Source of the DNA: Diadema antillarum
Taxonomy: Eukaryota
Length of the DNA: 64,000 nucleotides
Assembly: GCF_040938485.1 (NCBI RefSeq)
Contig: NW_027271023.1
Coordinates: 372,001 to 436,000 of the forward strand
Direction: 5' to 3'
A program made the position numbers and the translations under genes. Below are positions 52,401 through 64,000 of the stretch, piece after piece (the first letter of the stretch is position 1; every line of letters begins with the position of its first letter). Below the pieces are notes generated by a model. It was not told where the DNA came from. It made no database searches and saw only the letters and a program-made list of their open reading frames with translations.

Positions 52401-55400
52401 TAATAGGTTCATGTCCTTTTTTTCAACACTTCAACAGTGTCAACTCTTTTCATGTTGCAGCCTGTATGATTCTGGAGTTATAATGTGACAATGCATTGTT
52501 GTAGGGCTATTATTGCATCATTATGATTACCCTGTGTGTTTATGTTTGATTAGCCATGATCAGTTTTACATGTGTTTGATATGAACATTAAAATCAGCTT
52601 TAGGGTCAGCAGGGCAGTTGTGCAAGGATGCTTGTGATTTTTACATATTCATCCGCATCGAAGGCTCTAAGAGATATAATACCAGTATGTCATATATTTT
52701 GCATTCGTACATGCTCAATATTTCCCACATTTCTAAGGGCTTGTAATAGGCAATTGCTCAAGTTGTTGAATTTGCCATTTTTGAACAACAATAACAGAAT
52801 GGGAAATGACTCCAGTGGTTGTCCTTATTCAAAATGCAGTTTGCAGTTTTCCACTTCAGGGCCCTGTTGCATATATGCAATCAAACATAAGACAGAAAAT
52901 CGCGTACATGAGTCAGGTATCAGCCAATCAGAATTGAGTATTCAGAGACTTATGTTTTATTTTCTGACTTCAATTTGATCTCAACTCTTATGCAACAGGG
53001 CCCAGAGGTGATAAAGACAGTATATTTGCTTGAGTGCAGTATTTTGGCTTGTTGTTACAAATATTGAGCAGCAGTCAAATCACAAAATTCACAGAAATAA
53101 AAACACAAAAACATCTGCTGTATGCAGTAATGTACACTGTACATTCAGCTCCAATGAACATTCTTAACTTTCCATCAGATTCAGCCAAAACTTAGAGTGT
53201 AGCAATAAATCTTCAAAGCAAAAAGATCTTACAGTTTGGCCTGAATCTTAACTTACACTGAGTGTGAGCAAATCAATTGTCACTATTAAAGTTAGTTGAT
53301 TTTTTTATGAGCAGTTGCTGTTAGAGAACCTTGAAATGAGTGTCACTGTGATAATCACCAGAAGTGTTTTAATCTTAAAAATAATAAAAAATAAACAATA
53401 TGGAAACCTTTAAATAAGAAGTTTTCCTTCTTTAATTTATATCTAGGCCTAAAAGCCATACTGCAGAACTGGAATGAAAAAGAGATTAAGATACAAGAAT
53501 TGTCATTTTCAATATTTTGATGTATTGAAAGGTAACTGCTGTTGGGTTCAAGTTAGTGTTAGCAAGATTCTGCGTCTCTTTTTTTTTCCCTTTAATACAA
53601 TCATTGCAGACAATCATCACAGTATGTTTCATTATTATGGATAAAGGAAGATCGTGAATAAAAAATCTAAGGGTTAGATGTGATTATCCGCCTTTAAGCT
53701 CTGCATGGGCTCGTGTTGCTGGATTGAAGAGCCAGCGTGCCCAATGAGCCTGAACATTGAGCAAGCCATAATCAACCTGCGGGCATGCTCCACTGGAAGC
53801 CACATGTCAACGTACTTGTTACTTTAGGAGCATGATGTGCAATAAAATTCATGTTTAATCCAACACTCTCGACATGGTTGAAGCATGATTTACATCTGAC
53901 TGGATTTTGCTGTTGTTGTTTTGTTTTGAGGGTTTTTTTTTCCTTGTGGCAGCTAGGTGAGTCAGGATATTATGAGGAGAAATATTTCCTATTTGTTGGT
54001 GGTGTTGTTCTCTTTTTTATATCGGTCCAGAATGCGGCATTGGTCCTGTTTTCAAGGCACTCCCTTGTACACACAAGACATTAAATGTGTCCTTGCTGCA
54101 GTGAAAATGGTAGCATCGCTTTTGTTCTTAATGTTCATCTACATGTTTATACAGAACATTATGTCACAACAGTCTTGTGCACCATTTCTGTTACATTTTA
54201 ATGCAAATGCAAATGCCCCTGCTTGATGTATTCTTTAGTATATTGTAGGCTTATCACAGTGCTGTAGTATCAAGGGATCATGAATAAAGCTTAACTGCAG
54301 AATGTGACTTGCCTTGTCTGCTTGTGCTTTTATTCTCTGCGAATGCAAGCAAATCTAAAATCGATTAACTTTGTACAAAATACAGACCTGACTTTCCTTT
54401 GCCTCAGTATTCTCTCCATTTTTCTCCCTCTGGAAATTTACTTTGTGCACTTGCATGAAATTCATTCATTCATACATTTTTTTTTAAAATAATAAAATCA
54501 TTTAGAAATATGTACAGTGCAAAATGTTTATGATAATTGTAAGCCATCTAAAATCTAAAAATCTGTTATCTTTGTACAATGTGCAAAGCTCACTTTCCTT
54601 TACCTCAGTAATTCTCTCTATTTTTCTTCCTCTGGAAATTTACATTGTTTACTTGCCTGAAATTCATTCATTCATTCATACATTTATTCAGTAATAAAAT
54701 CATTTGGAAATAACTTAGTGCAAAATATTCATAATGATTGTAAGTCATATAATGTACAGGTAGGCATACAGCTTGTTCAATGAAAGTCAGAGGCTTGTTA
54801 GAATAGAGGGTACTGTTAAGGTGCATTAAAATCATTGAATAGAAATCAACCATATACTTTGTATGTATTGTACATGTAGTGACTACATAGTCAGATTAAA
54901 CAAAAAAAAAACACAAAAAAAAAGACAAAGACAAGATGTACTACAGTGTTGTTACAGAAGAAAAGCCCAGAATACTAGGCACATGGTTTTCCTTAAAGTA
55001 ATAGGAAAAACCCCTGTGGATGACCCACACCATGCAGTCAAACCATATCTAATAAAGTTCTTGCCATTTTGAAATGCATGCTTGTCATGTGTAGGTGAAT
55101 ACTCAGTTGATCGTGGGCTGCCAGATGATAAATCCAATAAAGTTTTGGTGGTGAGGAGTTCTCTCCCCCCCCCCCCCCCCCCCCTCCATCAGCACACTTG
55201 TTTAGTGCCTGCATGTGTATGTATATCGTTGATGTGCATTTGTACCATTCATGTTTGCTCCATGGGAGTGTACTGTAACATTGGCACCAACACTTAATAT
55301 AATCCGCACCATAATCAAATTGTCTGAGAGCCTGCATGGGTACTGCTATTTTGGGGCTCCGGGAGAAAAAAAAAATCCACTCTGGATAAATTGATAATCT

Positions 55401-58400
55401 GTGGAATGGAATCGAATGCGCAGTATAATATGCAGCTTTTTGCTCTATAGCTTCTGTAAGTGCATGTTTAAAAATACAAATGGATGGTCGGCATTGTGAT
55501 GCCAGGAGTGTAAAGGAGGGAAGTGGGGGGGGGGGGGGGGGGGGAGGGGGGGGGGAGGGGGGTGGAGAATGGACTTGTGCTAATGGCAAAAGGAGAAGCA
55601 CACTCGGGGTTATGTATGCTAATACATTGATCCTTGACTTGCCTGCCAATTGTCCCTATACTATCTCTGACCTTTTGTTTCAAATGTGATCCTGCCACGT
55701 GATCCGTTAGTGTGCACGGGAGAAGCTTGTATAGGGCCAAACTGTGAGCAAATGCAGTACGGGGGGATCTGGAATATTAAGGTGCAAAAGAAAAAAAAAA
55801 AATCTGCAGCAAATATTGCTTCTGCACACGTCACCTCATGACGTCTGCCGCCGGCGCTGGTTGGGTTTGATAACGGGGCCCAAATCCGATTTGTGCTGTG
55901 TATGCCTGCAAACAAATGCTAGCAGCTCGATATTCATTGCCCCGCATCAGTATAAATTCTGACATTTTGAGTTCAGGGTGCAAATCATGCGCCCCGTCAT
56001 ATATACTCCTTCTGCCTACCGTCAGGGCTTTGCTGAAAGTGATCCTTGGCTAACATAGAAATATTGTCTGGATTTGCACTCATATTTGAAGTGATACCCA
56101 TTAAAGTGGTTATGACCTGAAAAAAGTAAGCTGCCTAAATTTTGAAAAATTGCAATGCAAACAGGCTTCTTCCATCAAAGATCAACTTGGTTATGAATGC
56201 TCAGTAAGCCACAAAGTATTCATAGGTGCTAGATATTGGTATCATTGCTGGAAGCAAACATTTTGCTTTTAGTCTTTTTTATTGTGTTCCATCTGTTTCA
56301 AATGTACAAGCATTATGTACTCGATGAAACTCAGATTATCATGAAAGACCATCATTGTATTTTTGTTTCTCTCCTCAACTGAAAAAGAAAAATATGATGA
56401 TTTCAGAGTGCTGTGATGATGTAAGGGTTCTAGAAGTTCACAATTTCTTGCTTCCACCTGTAAGTCAGGTTTATTCAAAGTATAAGAAAGAGTTTAAGAA
56501 AGAAAACAGGAGAAGAATTGAGGTGTGGGTGGAAATAGGAGACAGGACAGAGAAAGGAATGGAAGGAAAAGAAAAGCTATAGAAGAGAATGGAAGAGCTT
56601 AAGAAAGAGATAATATAGGGATAGGAAAGAAATTGGAGAAAGGAATAAAAGTTGAGTTTTAAAGCGACCAGAAATGAGAATTAAGCCAGTGGATGTTTGA
56701 TCCTCATTGCTACAGTGCACTAGAATAAAGCACAAATGAGAAAGGTAAAGGTGCGTGCAATTGGACTTTAACCAAAATTTTCTAGTTAAAGGGATAGTAC
56801 AGTATTGGTGGAGGTGAGAATTGGGCTTTTAACTTTTTGCAATATACCAAGAAAACACTTATGAAATAGTACAGAGCATACCATTTTAAGAGGAATTCAA
56901 AGTTTACTTGATAGAAATCGGGTTTGGAATGACGGAAACATCCAAAAACAAGGTAAAACAAAGAGATTGTGTGAAAGTGTGGGTCCCACACTTTACTAGA
57001 ATCGCTCTTTTTGGATATCTCAGCTATTTCAAAACCAATTTTCATCAAATAAACGTTGAATTCCTCATAAAATTACATGCTCTTTCATATTTCATAAGAG
57101 GTTTTTCATTATCTCACAAAAAAATGTTAGAAATCTGAAGTTAGGTCTCAACCGAAACTGTACAATCCCTTTAAGCTACCAAGCTTCTTCTTTTTTTTAC
57201 TACCTTTCTCGCTCAGTCTCTCCTCTCTCTCTCTCTTTGTCCTGACGTCACTCAGTTTTGTCAGGCGTACATTGCCACGACACCTGCTACCACAAGCTTG
57301 TGCAGCTAATGATGATTGTAATTAGGACCCTCCACCTGTAACCATGACGCAGTTCATTCCCGCACCACCAATTGTCTTTTCCGCCTAGATGTCGCCCCCC
57401 TTCCTCCATCGCCAGCGAGAAACTGTGGCCGTCGTCTGCCAAGCAGAAGGCCGTATAAATTTTTGCTGCCGCTCTAACGAACACAGTTGATGCACTTTTA
57501 GCTCTCAAGTTATGCATGATAAAATGTAGCAATACACTGGTAGCAAAGAGGACTTTTGAAATGTACATTAAGGAGTCATCCTTTTAAGCACTCATTTGAG
57601 AAGCAAAAAGCCATGAGATCCACAGGCTCTGTATGCACCATTACGTATATGTTTTTTCTCGGCTGACAAGTGAGGATGTGCATCTTACATGGTTACAGCT
57701 CGTTATTCCGACGGTTCATTATTTCGAAGGCTCTTCAGTCCGAAGATTTGTTATTCCGTAGGTTCATTATTCCGAATTTCATTTTCGGATTAACAAATCT
57801 TCGCAATAACGAACATTCAGAATAACGCCACAAATGTTTGGATTGATGAACATTTTTCATTTCCATATTAATGAACCTCTAGGTATAGGGAATTTGTGTG
57901 TTTCGGATTAACAAACCTTCGGAATAACGAACCTTCGGAATAGCGAACCTTCGGAATAGCGAACCTTCGGAATAACGAACAGCGCCCATTTACACGTACA
58001 TGTACTATGAGAGGTTGTACAGCAAGGCACACATGTACAGTGTGTATATTGCAGAAGCCCTCCTTAATCATAAGCTATGTATGTTTTAGAAGCAGAAGGA
58101 CATAAGATCCACATGCTAGACAGAGAGTCGAGGCGTATTTACACCTATCTTCCACATTCATTAGTCTGTGTAATGATATACAGTTGTAGGTGAGTCAGGT
58201 TGTGTACTGTATTTCAATATCAGGGCAGAGCTAGAATTTGTGTTTACTTTAATAGCTAGTTTTCTGCTAAAACCCGTAGGTGCATTTCACCAAGATGATT
58301 TGACTTTTTAACCATGCATAATCACACTTCTGTTGTCAAAGGATTGTTTGTATGATTATAATTATTTTGTGTATGTTGCCAGTACATTTTAGACTAGCAC

Positions 58401-60267
58401 CCTTACTTGACATACAATGGTTTCTTATTGCCACCCATTCTGTTTCAGGGCCAAAGAACTTTGAGCATTCAGAGTTATACGGTGTATATCATATGGCAAT
58501 TCGAAAAGAGCAAAAAATTCATCGACATTTCAGCATTTCATGCTATTTTTAAAGCATTTTTTTTAAAACCAAAAAACATGCTCACACCTACAAGACAGTG
58601 ATAATGACATCCCGGAATGACATACAATGTACATCATAGTACAACATTATGTTATAAATGTCATAAATGATTGGTTTACTCATGGGACCCTGACTGTTGA
58701 ATTCATTCAAATGAGATTCCTTGAAAATGCTTTCCTGAATTTATATCCCTAATGTCCATCTACTGAGCAAAGAATAAATCAGTTGCTTACTTAATCATTA
58801 CCTCATATTTCCTTCATGAACCCTGGCTCAAGAGCTGTATGGAATACATGGTTCTTGTGCCCTTTTTCCTGGTATTTTGGTCCCTGGGACAGAGCTTGAG
58901 TGGTGAAAATAATGGCAATGCCTAAAGAATGACGTCTTTATCATGGAAACAATCATTGTCGCATTGTTGGTGATGCTTGGAATCGTTAAACACTAATTTT
59001 ACAGGCGATATCAAAATGCCATCACGCAGTTGCTGGGTAATAATCTGTCATCATTCACTCTTGAATACTTATAAAAAGTATGATGTAGAACCTGTCAGAA
59101 TACAGTGATGAATTATGCCTTAATATGAATTATGTTGTTTTTTGAGATAAAGCAATCATCACAGTGTATGTTCTTAATGCAATTCAATTTGGAACATCCA
59201 AATGTAATGGGATTTTAGTTTGCTGGCAAAGACATGGTTATTGGTAAATTTGGTTTAGAAAAAATGTTTGCTGTCAGCATCATAAAGTGATATGTGTTAT
59301 GAATAACAGTGTTTTTCAAGCAGACATTTTATCGGAGCTCATGAAACTTGCATACGTTCTACATGGTTGTGTCAATTGTTTGTATTTGATGGCAAGACAG
59401 TTTGTTGATACATGCTCTTTGATACTGCTATTTTGTAATCATTTTGTGTGTTGTATCATAAGCCTAATGCATTTCCCATACTCCAGAAAGGGTCAAAAGA
59501 AATAAATGTTCAATGTTCAAAGTTATCCTTTCACAATTTGTTTTCAAAATGGATTTGTGGTGTTATAATGGTGACTGCAAAACAGACTAAAAATTGCTCC
59601 TCCTGTACACATTTGTTCATGTCATTGAGTAGCAATTCTCATAAAAATTTCATTGTAATTGGAAAAATGTTTTTTAAGAGATGGGAAAAATTGCTTTTCG
59701 AAAGATCAAATGTGTTCAATGATTGATTTAAAGTGGGGATGTATAGCACATCGACTTTGGCAATTTTCTGAGCACATATACTCAAGTAACTGTCAGTTTA
59801 GGCCAAATCTCATACTAGCCGTGATAGTGCATTCTCAATGCACCATCAAGTATCAGTGAATAATTCACAATTTTGGATATAATTTGTCTTCTCATCAACT
59901 TGAATGGAGAAAGATTCTGAAAGAAGTGAAGTATACCACACCACAATGGGGATTTTATTTCAACCGAATCATTGAGATATTCTTGATTCAAAGCTTGTTC
60001 TAAATTTCCCTCCCTGAATGGTATCAATGCTCTATAGACAAATGGTATGTAAATGGAGCAACATAGAATGCAAATTGATCTGAATCACAGCTAATTCAGA
60101 GCTCAATGTTTCTGAAGGCCATACATGTATGCACCTGCATTTATTTTACTTTTGCAATCAATTACTGATTATCAATTTTATGTCTTTTCCTCTTCCTGTA
60201 GGAAAAATTACTCCGAAAGCTAGACAAGTATGATCGAGCCGAGACATTCCCTACCAAAGATGAAGAG
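45796..60267 (+). CDS. Unidentified gene (5' part): N-terminal hydrophobic/signal-anchor segment followed by a charged helical region
   Basis: Exon 45796-45981 (GCCATG; MSTSAKPAVAGTLTLAATPALYLLYRLHEFKQRCKDRNSAASIPSTERHITEKDLVILNRKI; donor GTAAGT) lies at the end of a CpG-rich region. Exon 60202-60267 (pyrimidine tract + TAG; EKLLRKLDKYDRAETFPTKDEE; donor GTGAGT) joins it in phase 0. Joining the two exons is an inference. Confidence 0.65.
46525..46835. mobile_element. Degenerate Kolobok-type MITE
   Basis: TTAA-flanked; internal CAGCTATTTCAAAACTGATTTTCATCAAATAA motif shared with 11096-11477. Confidence 0.6.
48114..48198 (-). mobile_element. 85-bp piggyBac-like micro-MITE
   Basis: TTAA at 48110-48113 and 48199-48202; same core as the other copies. 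Confidence 0.8.
51618..51966. repeat. Diverged inverted repeat (~145-bp arms, ~60-bp spacer)
   Basis: ATACCCCCATTCCACAGAGATTTTT... versus ...AAAAAATCTCTGTGGAATGGGGGTAT; matching continues to GTCAGTGTCAGA / TCTGACACTAAC. Confidence 0.8.
54378..54755. repeat. ~200-bp diverged direct tandem duplication
   Basis: ACTTTCCTTT(G/A)CCTCAGTA...CTCTGGAAATTTAC...ATTCATTCATTCATACATTT...GTGCAAAAT occurs twice. Confidence 0.8.
56790..57170. mobile_element. Kolobok-type MITE (TTAA target)
   Basis: TTAA|AGGGATAG...CAATCCCT|TTAA. Confidence 0.85.
57698..57984. mobile_element. MITE built of 17-bp AACCTTCGGAATA(A/G)CGA subterminal repeats
   Basis: Left end CTCGTTATTCCG..GGTTC; right end has four tandem 17-mers. 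A diverged relative lies at ~60356-60798. Confidence 0.7.
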
Positions 60268-60355
60268 GTGAGTGAAGAAAGTGTTTGTTGTTGTTGTTGG
60301 GGTTTTTTTTGGATGCAGGGTTTGGGATTTTATTTTTGACCAGTGAGAAATTGAG

Positions 60356-60798
60356 GGAATGTTCATTATTCTGAAGGTTCATTAATCTGAAATTGAAATA
60401 TGGTTTGTTATTCCAAAGGTTCTAAATTGTGACACAAACAAATACCGTATTCCTAGAGGTTCTTCTATCCAAAAATGAAAAGGGTTCATTAATCCAAATG
60501 TTGGTAGTGTTATATACCCAAGGTTCATTTTTCCGACAGTTTGTAATTCCAAAAATGAAATAGGGTTCATTATTCTGGTGGTCTGTTAATATGTAAATGG
60601 AATAATAAGGTTCATTTTTCCTAAAGTTTGTTTATCCAAAAATGAAATAAGGTTTGTTATTCCAAAGGTTTGTTAATCCAAAAATGAAGTAAAGTTTGGT
60701 AATCTGAAAATGGAAAGATGGTCATACTAACGAACCTTACTTTGTTTTCCGATTAGTGACCCTTTGGAAGAAAGGAACCTTCAGAATAACGAACTGTG
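60356..60798. mobile_element. Diverged copy of the 17-bp-repeat MITE
   Basis: TTATTC(C/T)(G/A)AAGGTTC units on the left, GAACCTTCAGAATAACGAAC on the right. Confidence 0.55.
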
Positions 60799-61973
60799 AC
60801 CTGAAATTCAGCTCGTCGTGTGTGTGAAGATTGCAATGGATTTGTATCGTAATGGAAACAGAGATGGGGAAGATTAATGGACTTCATGAACTAGAAATCG
60901 AGTTAATTTCCCTAAAGATGCGATTGCCACGTGGCTTCACGCCACAATGTTACCTTCGACGGTTTGTGTGGGATATCAATTTGAAAGAGACTGGAGATGG
61001 TTTTGAGAGCTGTGGAGAGTGAATTGAAATTGGTGATTTATGTGTTGATTGGCTGTGATGTCAGAGCAGCTTTCTCTCCTATTTTGACAAGATTTTCGCT
61101 CCTAGCCTGTACCCTGCAAGATTTGAGAATCCTCTTAATTGAGCTTAAACAAGAAGTACAAGGTTCAGTATGTAATGGGTTTGAAGAGAATTCATTTCAT
61201 TTTCATTTCCATTTCCAACCAAAAAGCAAAAACAAAAACCCAATGCAATAGTGCTCAAAGATTTACATTATTTTTGTACAGAGTTACATGTATACAAAAT
61301 CAATACAACATTTTTATAAAGGAAAATAAAATGAACAAAAATACAATTTCATGCTTGCATACTTGAAACCTATTAGAACATACTGAAACAAAGTTGTTTG
61401 AAATATGCAGCTGAAAAGAAGGACTTGTAATTTGCATTCCCATCATATGGACAGAAATTTACCAAGAGCTAGTGGGAAAAAGCATGAAAAAGTGTATGAC
61501 ATTCAGGTAACAATCCCATGGAAATTTGAGCGGAACCAGTCTGAGATCTCATTGTATATAATCCTTCACATTACACAATATAAGCCTTTAGTTCAAACAC
61601 AGTATAACACCTACTGGACAAGAATTCTGTGGGAAACTCAATTTAAGCATGAATGTTTGGTAGCATTATAAAAGGCTCTTACATTAAAGTCCAAAACAAC
61701 AAGACTTTAGTTATTCTTTCCTTCTTTGTGATATGAAGAAATACAAAACTTTGATTCCTTATGTTTGTGCAAAATATATTGATAAAGATGTTTCCACACA
61801 TTGTGAAAAATATCAAATAGTATTCATTTATCATTTTAAACATGTTAAAAAAAGCACAACAGCACCAAGCTGTCCAAAGTACTACCAAGTTAACAAATCA
61901 CAAATGCTGTAAAAAGCCCTAATTTGCTTGGAACTTGACATCCCTCATTTTTTTCAATATTTTGTTAGTCTTT

Positions 61974-62110
61974 GATTTTGTCAGTTACATTTCCAAAGTT
62001 TTAATGAAAGATATTTTGTTCTTCATTCTGTCATAATCTATTATTTTGTCAGTCACATTTTCCAAAGTTTTATTGAAAGGTATTTTATTTTTCATTCTGT
62101 CCTAATCTAT
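61974..62110. repeat. ~67-bp direct tandem duplication
   Basis: TTTTGTCAGT(T/C)ACATTT(T)CCAAAGTTTTA...TTCATTCTGTC(A/C)TAATCTAT occurs twice. Confidence 0.8.
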
Positions 62111-62918
62111 CAATTGCTGTTTTTTTTTCTTCTTAGCTTCATTACAACTTTTTCTGCAGGATAAATACCTCTAGTGGTTAGTAATGTCTAAGATTGCATA
62201 GGCCTTCAAAGGACAGGGAAAAAATTCTGAACAGCTTTACAGTGTGTTTGTAAATCTGTCCACTTGTTGTGTATATGAATGAGGGACTAATCCTTCCGAG
62301 ACATTCAAAGAAAGTGAAATATATGTATTCATTCAGTACCACCCTAAAACCCAAGCCTTGTAGGTAGCAGATAAAATAGATACTCACTCCTTTGAAAGTA
62401 TCATTTACACCTATGGCCTCCAGTAAACTATTGTACTGGTTCCTTTGGAGGAGATGGGGTCATTTGAAGTAATATATTATGTCTACATGTGTGTAGGACT
62501 TTTTTTTCATAGATTTTATAAGTTGAAATCAAGAAGGAATTTGTCCTAGCATGGCAAGTACAATGTATACAGTGTAGCTGGCACTGCATCTGCAGGCCAC
62601 GTGTATGCGCAAAACGTGACTCGCTGTATCGTACACATACATCAACATACCCTTTCTTCAAGTTGACCTGAATCTGTTAACCTGTACCCTTCAGCAGGGA
62701 TCAGGGTTTATTATGATCATGAGGAAGATATTCAAAGTCGTACATGGATGTTGTGACAAGTTGTAATTCTTCAGCTTTTCACTGCTTTGGATTTCATTAC
62801 TCCTGTTGATGTCCAGAAATTGTGGCAAACACAGTGAAATGATAAAGCATGTGGAATGTTTCTCCTTTTGTACATCATTAGTTTTCTACTTGAAACAATT
62901 TTTATTGCAAGATTTTAA

Positions 62919-63300
62919 AGGGATTGTACAGTTTTGGTTGAGACCTAACTTCAGATTTCTAATATTTTTGGTCAGATAATGAGAAACCTTTTTATGAAAT
63001 ATGAAAGAGCATGTAATTCTAAGAGGAATTCAGCATTTATTTGATGAAAATTGGTTTTGAAATGGCTGAGATATCCAAAAAAGAGCGATCCTAATAAAAG
63101 TTGGGGCCCAGCTTTTATTGTGACCACTGTGTTTTACTTTGTTTTTGGGTGCCTCAGCCATACCAAAACCAATTTTCATCAAATAAACTTTGAATTCCTC
63201 CTAGAATGGTATCCTCTGTACTATTTCATAAGTGGCTTCCTGGTATCTCAAAAAAAGTTAAAAGCCAAATTCTCATCTCCGCCAATACTAAACTATCCCT
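62919..63300. mobile_element. Kolobok-type MITE (inverted relative to 56790-57170)
   Basis: TTAA|AGGGATTG...CTATCCCT|TTAA. Confidence 0.85.
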
Positions 63301-63764
63301 TTAACAATGAAGATGCTAACAGTATTAGACATTTTATACCAAGCAACATTCATGTATCCAACTCTGAAAGGGTGCTCAAGGCACTCGCGATTAAATGTTT
63401 GTAATGATACAGAGACAAGAGATGTAATGTGAGTCGTATCTTGACATATACCCTTCTAGGATCATGTTGCACTTGAAGGTGAAACTTTATTGAAGACTTG
63501 GTGGGTTAAACAAGGCTGAAAGAAATCTCTCTTATTCCTGATACACTTTTGTTTTCAGTTAAACCCTGCAGGAAGACATTCAGATATTTGAGAAAGTTGT
63601 TTAGACTGCTGTTAAAACTTTAATTGTACTACATATCTACTACAACAGACATATCAAGTCACAGAAAGTGAGATAAATGATGTCCAGGGAATGGGTAACT
63701 CACATTTTCTTTTCCCTCAAAGTAAAATGCCCTTCTGATGTATTTGTAGATTTTATTTCTGCCT

Positions 63765-63794
63765 CTGACGAAGATTCTGCTGGGATGGAAGCTC
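63765..63794 (+). other. Relic minimal hammerhead-like motif (PLE-type)
   Basis: CTGACGA-A-GATTC-TGCT-GGGAT-GGAA-GC-TC; the GAAA core is mutated to GGAA. Confidence 0.3.
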
Positions 63795-64000
63795 ATGCAA
63801 CCCCCTTTTGGCTCATTTTCACTCCATTGGTTTGCCACTATTGGATATAAGCAGTTTTCTTGAGCTTGTTTGCCACATCTTATTTCAAATCATGATTTCT
63901 GACACTTTCAAATCTGAATGTTGTTCCTTGCATGCATATATACAACAACTAACGGTATTCACACAAATAAGCAGGCACAGCGCTTTGACGTCAATGCAAA

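Noticed and set aside
55038-55740. Long Pro/Gly-rich ORFs
   Set aside because: They are driven by poly-C and poly-G homopolymer runs; not coding-like.

Overview
AT-rich eukaryotic genomic DNA with spliceosomal GT-AG introns, two assembly gaps (5580-5723, 10283-10440) and dense MITE-type repeats. It is probably from an invertebrate deuterostome, most likely a sea urchin; this is inferred from gene and repeat style and is not proven. The left third holds a minus-strand tandem cluster of three histamine N-methyltransferase (HNMT)-like genes. Copy 1 is interrupted in exon 2 by an insertion carrying a palindromic array, copy 2 is intact (312 aa), and copy 3 has several frameshifts. The middle holds a complete 13-coding-exon DDX23/PRP28 DEAD-box splicing helicase gene on the + strand (CDS 26460-41392, 777 aa). 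The right part holds the first exon(s) of an unidentified + strand gene with an N-terminal hydrophobic segment and a roughly 14 kb intron. The most unusual element is a 443-bp SINE in DDX23 intron 3 that fuses a 7SL RNA (Alu-domain) head, a tRNA-derived Pol III promoter, a Nin/Deu-like core and a (TGAA)n tail between 12-bp target-site duplications. Also notable are Penelope-like inverted repeats carrying minimal hammerhead-like motifs and a 138-codon frame with a single in-frame TGA. No CRISPR, rRNA or intact tRNA genes were found.
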